64,000 bases of DNA. Origin: Schmidtea polychroa (lineage: Eukaryota). The position numbers and the translations under genes were made by a program. The notes under the pieces were generated by a model, which saw nothing but the letters and a program-made list of their open reading frames with translations, did not search any database and was not told where the DNA came from. How positions within the stretch are numbered: position 1 is the first letter of the stretch; the number at the start of each line of letters is the position of its first letter. The stretch spans positions 92,752,001 through 92,816,000 of the forward strand of contig CM097886.1 in the NCBI GenBank assembly GCA_044892525.1. Direction: 5' to 3'. Below are positions 11,133 through 22,987 of the stretch, piece by piece.

Positions 11133-11710
11133 ATGTCTTTTATGCCATGGATAACAATTGACAATTGTAGGCTGGATAAGAATTCCAATACGATTTTAAA
11201 ATGTAACTGGTGCTCGTATTCGACTCCACATTACAGTAATATGTATGTTCATATTAGAACTCACACAGGTTAGCAGAAATCAATTTGTAAAATTTGTTTT
11301 AAACGATTGAAATAAATTTTTTTTCAACAGGAGATAAACCATATGAATGTTTGAAGTGTCGGTCGTCATTCACGCAAGGATCGTCTCTTAAACTACATAT
11401 CCGAGCCAAGCATTCCGGGAATCAAAATTATTTCCATTTGAATCGAAAATATGGAAAAAGTAATTTAATGAAATTATGGACCCGAGTTCAGAAAAGTGTT
11501 AAGTTGACAGAATATCCGAAGACACTTGATATCAAAGATGTATCTAATAATTCCATTAACGAATTTAAAGAAGTTGACAGTGTTTTACTGGATTACTTTT
11601 ACCGACAAACCTTAACTGAACAGTTCAATTCCACACTGATACAGCAAATGAGTTTTCTTAAATTTATTTCGACCAACTGTCTCCTGAATCCGAGTGTTAG
11701 TTTATTATAA
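11133..11710 (+). CDS. C2H2 zinc-finger protein with two fingers; exons 11133-11268 and 11331-11710 (possible upstream exon ~10930-11075 spliced to 11171)
   Basis: Spliced product reads LKCNWCSYSTPHYSNMYVHIRTHTG|DKPYECLKCRSSFTQGSSLKLHIRAKH. A 62-nt GT-AG intron (11269-11330) splits the canonical TGDKPY linker. Confidence 0.85.
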
Positions 11711-12949
11711 TTATATCATAGCATTTGTAAGTAACTGGATCATTCNNNNNNNNNNNNNNNNNNNNNNNNNNNNNNNNNNNNNNNNNNNNNNNNNNNNNNN
11801 NNNNNNNNNNNNNNNNNNNNNNNNNNNNNNNNNNNNNNNNNNNNNNNNNNNNNNNNNNNNNNNNNNNNNNNNNNNNNNNNNNNNNNNNNNNNNNNNNNNN
11901 NNNNNNNNNNNNNNNNNNNNNNNNNNNNNNNNNTCAGATTTTTAATTTCTATCAACAAGTTCTCTTATTCAACCAAATTGCTAGAAGATGAACAAAAAAT
12001 AGTCATGTAAAAATTTTCAATTTTCATGTTAATAAAACAATGAGTATTGTGTTTAATAATTTCGATAGTCTACCTCTTTAATTTAATAACATTATAATTT
12101 AAAAAATGCTAAACATAAGATAGCAGGCCTGATCATCATAGGCCCCACTGAATGCATGTGACTGATCAAAATTTATACAGTGGCCCGGGAAAAGTTTCAG
12201 AAATTATATTTATTCAAAAGTTTTATACTAAAAAACAAAAAAAATCCGTAATATTTTGAATTATATAAAATAATTAGTTTTATGATTGTAATAGAGGGGG
12301 CCGAATTTGCTTACTTTATTATTTATTCATGCCTACTAAATATCAGTACTATAATTAAACAAGCCAACAAAAATGAATTTATTTTAATGTTCTTTTTTTT
12401 AGTATTTTTTTAAATGATTTTATTAATAATCATCGTCATTATTTATTATTACGACTGTATTTTAGCAGCAATAAAAATGCAAATTGTGAAAAATTCGTTT
12501 AAACTTTTTAAATTATTAAAAACAGTATTGGCGTTGAAGGGTCATGTAACATTGGAATGAAGTCTTCAAGCCTAATTTATTTATAAGAAGTTATAAATAA
12601 CATAAAAATGAAATATAATTGTTATGTACCGCACTGAAAAATATTCACTTAGAAATAAATTGCACAAAAAGTAATCTGAATGTATTTGTGCGTGAAATTA
12701 TTTTCGAAAATTTAATTCAATAAAACAAATTTCGAAGATGACTTTTATACGGAAACCTAGAAAATCCACTAACATGAACTAAGATAAATTTTGGAATAGA
12801 TTTGTTAAAGTGACAGGGTGGAAAGTAATAAATAAAGGCCATGTTGTTTCAGAATTCAGATAAGCAGGAGCAAATAGAAGAAATGGGAAAATGAAAAGAA
12901 AATAGCAAAATCAATAAAATTAAACAACGAAATACAGCAAGGTCGTTCT

Positions 12950-13255
12950 TAATTAACAAGTACAAATTGTAAAAGAAGTGAAAATTACTGAGTAAGTATG
13001 GTCTAATTTTATACGAGCATGTAAAACGAGTTCGTGAGTCTCAAGGAAACCACAAATGTGTTCAATTTCATTATTTGTCATCTAGAATTCAAAATAACTT
13101 GTGAATCCTTCCAACAACAAAAAAATTATTGAAGAAGTTCGTGATTCTAAATATTTTCCTATTATTGCACGCAACGCAAGATTGCTCCCACTAAGAACAA
13201 ACTCTAATTCAATTGCAAAAAACGTTCATAAGAGAATTTTTGTGAACTGAACCGG
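12950..13255 (+). pseudogene. hAT transposase remnant
   Basis: Broken frames give HYLSSRIQNNL and KIIEEVRDSKYFPIIA...DCSH.EQT, the region around the first catalytic Asp of hAT transposases. Confidence 0.5.
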
Positions 13256-13259
13256 CGAA

Positions 13260-16200
13260 ATTATTTGAAAGATTCGATGAAAAAGGTGACAGAAAGATGT
13301 AGATAAACCTTCAAAGAACCTTCAAATTTAAGAAAAGATTTAAATGAACCTATCCGAAACAAAAAAGTTAATGAATCAATTCAAGACTTTTAGGATCATT
13401 GATCGATTGACAGAAAATGTCTAAAAATATTAATTATCAAAAGTGAAATTAACTCCATTTTTTTGTAAAAACTCAATAGAAGATAAAGATTTAAAACGAG
13501 AAATCAAGATGCAAAATATTTCCAATTTAAAGAAGATTAAGGATATCATTAAGAAGATATAAGAGATTAAGAAAGAAATGAAAAATTAAGAGATTTTTGC
13601 TACGAAAAAATTCAAAAGAAGTTATGTTGCTCAATAATATCGACAATCACAACTACGACAATAGCAACAAAGATTTCGAGAAGATGGCCTACCACGCACA
13701 AAACCATTTAGAAGCAATAATACATCTGTAGATCAAAGGATTTGAACTGGTCGACCATCAATGCAATAATCAGGGAACAGATCGGATTTTCAAACTCATT
13801 TTATCAGCTAAATTTAAAGATATGAACAACCACGATCAAAACAATGCTGAGTTTGCAAAGAAGTAGAAAAGTAGGAGCTCAATTTCAAAACATAAAATGT
13901 TCTCATTGCAAGAAGGTATGGCATTTCAAGTTCCAATGCTTCAATTTAAGAGGAACTCGAAGCTACAGATATCGACAGAATATGGCAGCGATTGCAGATC
14001 AAGGTGATGACAAAAATTCGATGTCCTACAGCGAATACACAGGACGAAGTGATTAGAGCGATAAACTAAATGCAAGTAAGATCTTGAGCAATGATTGTAT
14101 GATTGAGAATGCTTGTAATTGTTTGCACGAAATTGAATTTTTTGACAATATTTGGTATAAAAATTGTGATGAGCATGATGATAGATCAGCCATGGCCAAC
14201 CGGTGGTCCGGACACAATTTTAAACATCAAATCAATAACTGTCTTTTTTAGAATTCATATTCGAATTAAGCATGTTTTTAATTTAAAAAATTGATTCTAA
14301 GTTTACTTGAATCGTAAAAACGAGTTATATTTATTTAAATGAATTTATTGTGGCTCGTGATAGTATTTTTCCGAAAATTTGGCCCTTCGATTAATTTGGG
14401 TTGGCCACCACTGGTATAGATACTGTTGATAAATTAGGCACTTTAATAATGCTTATGATAGGGTAATAAAATACGATAAAATGGAAAGTAGGCATAGTAT
14501 TAATATCTTGATTAATAATAAGAAATTTAATTTCATTTTGGATACCGGAAGTCAAAATTAGTTTCATCAGTAAAGCGCTCGAAAATGTAAAAGTTCAAAG
14601 CACTAATTTATTGGTAAAATATGCAAATGAGAGCTCGTTAGAAATATTAGGAAAAGTTTTATTAAAAATAAAAATCATAAATCATAAAAATAAAGTCGAT
14701 TTCTTCATTGCAAAAAAAATTTCACCAAGTGTGATAGGAGGGATTAATATGTTAGATCAATTTAATTATAGTAATTTAATGTTTTAATTAGTTGAAAATG
14801 TTTTAATTTTGGACGATTGAAAACCAAGTAATTTAAAAAATTATGATCAAATTAGTTGACATGTGACTTTGAATAGAATAATTAAAGACTATGAAAATAT
14901 ATTTATGAAACATAAATGGGATGTAGACAAAACCAATTTAGTAAAACGTGAGATATTAACCAAAAGTGAACCTATTGTTATTAACTCTAACCGCCAACCA
15001 TTTTATCTAATTGAGAAAATTGAAAAAAATATTAAGGAAAACGGAATAATAAGTGAATCTCTTTGGAACTTACCTTTAGTGTTTGTAAAAAAGAAAGATA
15101 AAGATGATATTAGGATATGTTTAAATTATAGAGCGTTAAATGAAGTGATAGAAAGGCCAATATTTTTCATTTCGAATACTCAAGAAATATTTTACCACCC
15201 TTGATTTAGGAATTGTTTATTATCAAGTTAGCCTACAAGATGAATCTAGATTAAAAATAGCATTGTCTACAAATAATACTCAATATTGTTTTGACCGTAT
15301 GCCTTTTGGCATCGCAGTTTCGTATTTCAAAAGCTCTTGAATAAAGTATTAGGACCATTGAATTGAAAACAACCTGTTGTTTATTTTTCAGAGAAAATGT
15401 GATTCTGAGTTAAAGATAAGTCCAGAAAAATGTTATTTTATTAAAAGAGATAAAATATTTAGGACTTGTGATAAATGAGGGAAGAATGCACATTGAGAAT
15501 AATAAAAATATAGCGATTGAAATTTTCGAAACCCAAAAATATGTTACAAAATTACGAAGTTTATTTGGATCTACAAATTATTATTATCCGTTTTATAAAG
15601 AATTATAGTATGTATTCAAAACCACTTGAAAAGTTGCGCGGTGTAACAAACAAATTATGTGGACAAATAAATGCGAAGAGACATTTCGATAAAAAAAGAA
15701 AGCATTAGCCAAAGTTCCAAAATTCCTGACTTACAAATAAATTTATTTTGAAGACAGGTGCCAGTTTCGACAGAATTGAAGCAGTTTTATCACACCTAGA
15801 TGAAAATAGCAAAGAAAGAGTAATTGTATATGGTTCGCACGCAATGCACAAACACAAAGTAGGCTATTGTATCACTCTGAAAGAATTCTTAGCTATAATT
15901 TATTTTACCGAACATTTCAAACACTAATTATCTGGCAAAAAGGTTTAAACTGATGACAAACCATAAGGCAATAACTTTCATGTTGAAGACCAAGAACCCA
16001 ATCATATTTCAATTTCAAACATAGATTCACCAATTAAGTGGTCTGAACATTGAAATGGAATACCGTAAGGGTGAAACGCATTCTAATGCAGATGCACTAT
16101 CTAGAGCTGAATGTGATACGTGCATACAATGTCAAATGATTCATGAAAAACCAAAAACAGGAAAACTAAAAACAAAGATTATAGCGCTAATGTATCAAGA

Positions 16201-16930
16201 AGATGGAAAACTGTGGCAACAAGATTAAAAAGAAATAGAAAATATCAAAAAAGATATACTAATGAGGAAAAAACAAAATATTTAGAAAGTAATGATATTA
16301 TCCATTCAGGTAGAGGTAAAATATGGATTCCAAGAAAAAAGACAAAAAAGAATTTATTTTGTACACCCATAAAATTTTGTGTTATGCTGGAGTTTATAAA
16401 GTTCATGAATATATTTCTAGAAAATTTTACGAGAGAAACAGACAAGAATTTATTAAAGAAGTAGTCGGTTCGTGCGAAAATTGTCAAAAAGGATTTTATG
16501 GCCCAATGAAAACTGATAGGAATGGAAAAATTATTTTGGTAATTATATAGATCAATTAAGTAAATATATTTCTTTATGTGCAGTTTCTGAGCAAGATGAA
16601 TTCATAAGAAATGAGAGTTGTAGCAATAATTGTAAAAATGGATTGTGAAAATTGGCGCTCCGAGTATTCATTGTGATAGAGGAAAAGAATTTGAGTAAGC
16701 TTTATAAAAAGCATTTGCAGAGAAACTTGGTATTAATTTAGCATATTCAAGTCCGTATCATCCTTCCGCTAATGGACAAATTGAACGTCAATTTAGAACT
16801 GTTAGAGATTTTCATCCAGATTTCCTAAAAAGAACGGGCAAACTCTGGATTAAAATACTTCCTGAAATTGAATTTACGTTTAACGCAACAATTGAGTAAA
16901 CTATTCAGTTGAGCCCTACAAATAAAATCA
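13260..16930 (+). mobile_element. Degenerate Ty3/Gypsy retrotransposon (gag-PR-RT-RH-IN order) with many stops and frameshifts
   Basis: CCHC knuckle CSHCKKVWHFKFQC (~13900); protease FILDTGSQ (~14530); RT WNLPLVFVKKKDKDDIRICLNYRALN and RMPFG; RNase H YC.TLKEFLAIIYFTEHFKH and YRKGETHSNADALSR; integrase HHCC region and SPYHPSANGQIERQ. Confidence 0.9.
14187..14413. mobile_element. hAT-type MITE nested between gag and protease
   Basis: CAGCCATGGCCAACC ... GGTTGGCCACCACTG; flanks TGATAGAT / GTATAGAT match 6 of 8. Confidence 0.65.
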
Positions 16931-17040
16931 ATATCCAGTGAAAATAAACACTTCATGTTGTTCTAATATTTTTAGTTTGATAGTTTTCAGGCCTGTACAA
17001 AACAAAAATATATTACATATGCGACAGCATTTAAAAATAT

Positions 17041-17059
17041 CTGGCAGTTAATGGGTTAA
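17041..17059. mobile_element. Solitary piggyBac-type terminus
   Basis: CTGGCAGTTAATGGG|TTAA; no partner end found. Confidence 0.4.
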
Positions 17060-17400
17060 ATTATCTCATTCCAAGGAGCCGGGACCAATTTGGTTTTGTT
17101 AATGACATTTTGATGACATATCGCCTGTCAAACTTTGACTTTCCAATAAAAATTGTTTTTCTACATTTAATTAATTAGTTTACATGATTAGTATGCGAAC
17201 CCCAAATCAATTTTCTCATAATTTCACATCCACTTATATCTGTTTCCCCCAAAAATTATTAATTTTCAATTTCCCACTTCCATTACTGTCTTTTTTGTTA
17301 CATTGAGCTTTTTGTTATTTTGCACACAGATTTCAGTAGATTTAAATTTTATTTTATGTTAATCTAGACAATCCCAACAATGTTTAATTGTCGTGTAAGT

Positions 17401-17751
17401 CAGTGGTTCTCAATTAATATAAAAGCGCGGAACACCATTCACATGATTTGTTTACGCGGAACACTGACAAAAAAATACTTGCCCATAATGAGTGACCAAT
17501 CACAAATTACTATAAATCATTCGTAAAAGTAAACAATGCCTTCTTATGAGCAAAGAAAATACCACGCGACACAATAACAAGCAATAAAAACACTTATATT
17601 TGTATTTTTATATATCTGTGTAACGCCTTTCTTATTGAATCATCTTATAAAAAAATTAATTGAGGTTTTTAATGATGTATCTTAAATGCAAATTTAAAGA
17701 TAAAATGGAACACTAGAAGCGTAATCACGGAACACGGGTTGAGAACCACTA
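17401..17751. mobile_element. hAT (Charlie-like) MITE, 351 bp
   Basis: CAGTGGTTCTCAA ... TTGAGAACCACTA with a perfect 8-bp TSD GTGTAAGT on both sides and internal GCGGAACAC repeats. Confidence 0.9.
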
Positions 17752-19434
17752 GTGTAAGTTAAATTTCATACACATTGTTTATTATATTCGGGGTATTTCT
17801 TAGAATTATAAAAAGTTTACTCTTTTCGCAAATTCACCCACATTTAAACGGTTTTTAACTAAAAGACACAATTATTGTATTTTATAATCATTTTTTGGTT
17901 CCTTGTAGTTTAGTTCATTCCCGTGCTTGTGCTCATGGTTCCGCCCGGCCTTTCGGGTATTACCCGAACTGACAATTACTCTTATCGCACTGGTTTAGAA
18001 GTTTCTTGAATGCTGCATCAGATAATTTCTTAGAACAATTTATGGTGCACAGATAATAACTATATAAATACTTAATAATTATTTTAAGTATTTAAAATAT
18101 ATTAGAATACAATCGCAATATTCAAACAAAAAATATTATTATGCTGGTCACAATATCAGAATTATCATACGAAATTTATTATTATTTATAAGATATTAAA
18201 ATTAAATATTATATTAAAAAATTAAAATATTAGAAAAATATTAATTAAAACACCTTAATTTTACTTTTCGATATTCAAAAATCAAATTCCAGCATGTGCA
18301 ACAAAATCATTGACGTTGCTGAAGAAATCGATTCATCAGAAGTATAAATTAGAAGTAGAAGTTGAAGAAACCGAACAAATCGATCAAGGACAATCAGCAG
18401 ATTTTATTACTAAATCTTGGATTTTTATATCAAATTATATCTTATTACAATTATTAATAATTGTAATATAAAATTATAAATTATATAAATTATATATATA
18501 TGATCAATTATAACACATTTATGGCCAGTCAAATATCAAGTATAACAGCACATTAGCTGGAACATCTCAGTCTACTCTAACTCATTCCAAGAGTCAATCA
18601 AAATTCATGCAATCAGCTAATACTTCTTATTATCAATCAGGCTCTATTAATCAATCTCAGGCGAGTAAAGCAAATTCGATGCCATGTTATTATTATCATG
18701 ATTAACTGTATTCGGCTCCTAATAATGTTAGTGTTAGCTCTCATAGACCAACACCTTCATCAACTCCTCATTCAAAATCACCATAATTTCATATAGGAAA
18801 TACACGTCAAATTTAGTTAAGCAAAGTAATGCTAAAATTAATTATTTTATATTTATTTTTGGATTTATTTGTTCGAAACTCCAAATTTACTTGTTTTAAA
18901 ATTATTGTATATGAAATTATATAAAAAATTCACCTAACGGGGTATGCAACTAAGATATAAAAGCAATTAAAAATCGGATATGGGATATTCAAATTTCTCA
19001 TATTTACACTTATTAAGTAAACAAAATTATCCTTAAACTATTTTTAAATAGTTCACTACCAAACAGCATTATTGATGAAATGCTAAAATATATATTTTAA
19101 ATATAAATAATCCTAAGTATATAAGTAAATTTTATATTAAATTGAAATATTATTTAAAGTAAATTATTTAGTTTTATTTATTATTCTAATTTAATTTTGT
19201 AACAATATTTCAAAAGTTTTCTTTCGCGTTCAGCCAATCACATTAAGTTACATTCTATTTTTATTAATACGATTTTTTTCTAATACGGCATAAGAAACCG
19301 AATAAAATTAAACCGTATCGAAACAGTATGGAATATATAGAAACGTTGTGATGAAACTCTTTCGAATGCTATAATTTGTTCATGTATATTTCTTGAATTG
19401 ACTGGTGGTGTTTTTAAAAAGTAATTATAGGAAA

Positions 19435-19473
19435 ACGATATATTTCAACATTTTTTGTGAACTCATCAGGTAG
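19435..19473 (-). ncRNA. Diverged hammerhead-like motif of the same PLE family
   Basis: Minus strand: CUAC CUGAUGA guucacaaaaaauguu GAA AUAUAU C GU. Core and stem III palindrome are intact; stems I and II are weakened. Confidence 0.45.
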
Positions 19474-19667
19474 AAAAGAAAACTATGGATAAAATCTTGG
19501 TCATTTCTAATTTAACTATTTATTAGGAAAATTGTTTGGTTTGCTAATTGGTGTTGGTTGTCAGTGTAGAGAACGTCATCTCACTGTTGTTTTTGATGTT
19601 TTGTTAACGTTTTTATAAGCCGTTAAGACCTCATTGTTTATTATAAGACCAGTCTAGACCAATAGTA

Positions 19668-22195
19668 GGTAGTTAGTGATCCACAGCGGCACGACCATCC
19701 GGTATCCCCTATCCACTAAAAAAAAATTTCTAATTGCTGCTGTGCGGTGATAGCTATGCAGCGGAGATGAGACTGCCGGATGGTCGTGCTGTACAGGGGT
19801 AATAGCTGTGTAATGGAAATTTTTAAAAACCCATGGTAATGTTGGGCTGAAACCGAAAACTGAGAGTTTGTTTTAAACGATCGAAAATGCCTAACACAAA
19901 AACCGCAAAGTTGGAAAAATTTATGACCAAGGTTTAATTTAAAATAATAAAATAAATTACATCACACATTAAGAATCAATAAACCCCGTATAATAGAATA
20001 AAGAGATAAATAAATTTAACAGAAAAATTCAACACTTAAAAAACTTCGATAAAAAAAATAATAAAATGTAAAATAGAATTAGTTGAAAATTATTTAAACA
20101 ATATAAAAATTAAATCGTCAAAATAATAAAATTAGTTAGCATTATGTAAATTGTAAAGTTTATAGAATTAAATGGTTATGTAACTTACTAAATTTAAAGA
20201 ATAAAAATGTTTAAATTAATAAAAATTAATATAACTCAAATTATTTAAATTATAAAATTTATAAAATTAAAAATTAATAAAAATTAAATAATTAATTAAT
20301 TAAATTAATGAAATTAAAATCAAATAAACAATGGCACACACTCATGCATGCATGCAAAACTAATTAAAAATTTCTCGCACTCTGATTGGATAGAGTAGCA
20401 GCAAATGCATGAAGGCGCATTCAAAATCAGTATAAATACTGATCACAAATTCATTTGAAAAACTTTTTTTTCAGCACCACAATGTAATTTGCAGACAGTG
20501 AAGCTCTCAGTTTTCGATTTTATGCCATCGTGGATGTGGTCATTTATTTGTTATTATTCTTCTAATTTTTTACGAAGTGTCTTAATTAATAAATTTTATA
20601 TGCAATTAATGTCTCAGTTAAATTTCCTTTTATTGTCCTTTTTTAATTGTTTAATTTCATTTAGTTTCAAGTTTTAAATAATAGTTTTTATTGAGTTCAA
20701 TTATATTATTTGTTGATTGTGAACGATAGTAACGTGGAGTTGAGGAACTTCATGTCATGGTATGAGGTGCCTTCGGGAGCTCAGCCGGTGGACATGAGGT
20801 TCTTCAATCACGCAGCTGGATTGGGCCGAAATGTGGGGGCTTCCTCTCGGGTCCTATCGCTGGAAGTACTTTGGTCAAACATAGGTTAGGACTGAGAATA
20901 CAGGCAGATCCCTGCTCAAATTTTTTTGAAGTACAATTTAAACATTATGGGAAGCGCGGATTAACTTGGAAATAAGGGCCAATCCCTGCTAAAATTTTTC
21001 AAAGGATAATTTAGATATTGTAGGAAGTGTAGAACAATAATTATTAGCTGGAAAATAAGGGCCGATCCCTGCTCAAATTTTTTTTGAGATAGGTTAAATA
21101 TTCATAAATATCAAGGAACATACCTAGCCACATTTATTAATAGAAAAATAAGGGCGTATCCCTGCACAAAATTTTGAAACGAAACAATAGAAAACATCTG
21201 GAAATGAGGACCATAACCGAATGAGATAGAAAAGTAGAAATAGAAAATGATCGATGACGTAAGGCCTTCCATCGGCAGTCTAGAACCCGAAAAGAAAATA
21301 CAATGGGGAGTAGTTTTAGTAATAGAGCTCACCTGCTCATTGTCTTTTCGCCTTTGTGTACATTACCAACATGGTCGCCGCCATGGGTACACAAATGGTT
21401 AAGGTACAATAGTCATGGAGGTGCTTAGGAAAGAGTCGAGTGAATATATACGATTACCCATAATGTATTTCAAAAATTTAAAAGTGACACACCCCTAAGG
21501 TACCCAACAGTAATTTAAAGTCTCAGGATTATTTTCAATACAAAATCCCAGGCTCGCTAAAAAGTTATTGCTCCAGAGGGCTACAGGGTTTTTTCAGACT
21601 ATAGTGAATGGGTCTCATTGGTCTCAGGGATTTTCAATGCAAAATTTAACTGTCACTATAAAAGCCATGATATATTATGGTCCTAGAAATATTTTTTGTA
21701 ATTGAAATCTGGTCCTCGTTAAAAAGGCCAAGATTTTTTAAGGTCCCAGGATTTTTACACAAAATTTATGGTCCGATATTTTGATTAATCGATGGTCACG
21801 TGAAATTTCGGTAATTAAGTAAATTAAGGACTATATTTGGTAATTAAGTAAATTAGTGTAATATTGTTTAAATTAAGTAATAGATTTTAAATAACTAAAG
21901 CATAATTTTTTAATTAAAGTAAATTGTTGTAATAATTTAAAATAAGTAAATTAAATTAATAATTTAAAAATTATTGTAAGATATTTCGAAAAACAATTAG
22001 CCACTGAGAATTTTAAAAAAGTAAAGAAATTTTTATGAAACAATTTTCAAAGATAAATTTAAACCCAACCATCCGGCAGTCTCATCTCCATTATATATCT
22101 ATTACCCATGGCAGTAATTTAAAAAAAACACATTTTAAATGGGATGGATAGAGGGTGGTACCGGATGATCGTGCTGCCGTAGATCACTAACTACC
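19668..22195. mobile_element. Non-autonomous long-TIR DNA transposon (Mutator- or Merlin-like), ~2.5 kb
   Basis: GGTAGTTAGTGATC...GGAGATGAGACTGCCGGATGG at the left is inverted at 22068-22195 (TIR ~120-130 bp). Flanks CAATAGTA / TAATAGTA match 7 of 8. No transposase ORF inside. Confidence 0.75.
20894..21214. repeat. Degenerate 74-93 bp tandem repeat inside the long-TIR element
   Basis: Core GAAAATAAGGGCCRATCCCTGCTCAAATTTT; ATCCCTGC at 20908, 20982, 21065 and 21158. Confidence 0.8.
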
Positions 22196-22987
22196 TAATA
22201 GTAATAATATTAATGATGTTCACGGATATATAAAGGATAGTCACAATAATTTCACGATATTTTCTTTTGGGGTTAGCGGCTAAAAATGTTGGTCGCAAAG
22301 ACGATCTATAGTTTCATAAATTCGAAACCTAACATTTTTATTCTAGAAAAGAAGTGTAGAATTTTAAAAGAAATATATAAAACATAAGCCCTTCAATAAA
22401 TTGTAAAGAAAACTAAGCTAATATTTCTAAAAATCTTTCACGTCGAATATCGATATTAAAAGAAAGACTTATTTCATCCTCTGTAAATCAGCCATAGCAC
22501 ACAATTCATTTTTCATTCCTATTTTTACAGACTTAAAAAATTTCATTTTGAAATCTTTAAATCCTTACAATATTATTTTATAATCTTTTTAAAATATCAT
22601 TTTATTAGGCGATTGAAAAAAGTGCCTTTTAATAAAAGTAGAATTTAATTTAGAAAATATTAAATATCAAATGTTTAATTTATTTTCTATTTAAATTTAA
22701 GAATTTATTACTAAATATTTCAAAATTTAAATTTAGATTTAAAAGCAATTTTTGATATATTATTAATTTAATAGTAAATACTAAAATCAAAATTATTGCA
22801 AAAATTCATTTAATTTCTGTGTTTAAACTATAAACAAGCATGTGTATTTTATGATATAACATTTATATCATAATTTCGTAATTTAAATTTATTGTTAAAT
22901 TAATTTATGCTTCTTAATTTATTGTTGATGAGTTGCTATTAATCTAAATTGGTTTGATGATTAAAAATATGTTTAGATAATCTTATA

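Noticed and set aside
18300-18790. Ser/Gln-rich open stretches as a gene
   Set aside because: Low-complexity translation; no consistent exon chain could be built.
20894-21214. CRISPR-like repeat-spacer appearance
   Set aside because: Spacing is irregular (74, 83, 93 nt), the spacers resemble each other, repeats are degenerate, there are no cas genes and the context is eukaryotic. It is a minisatellite inside a transposon.
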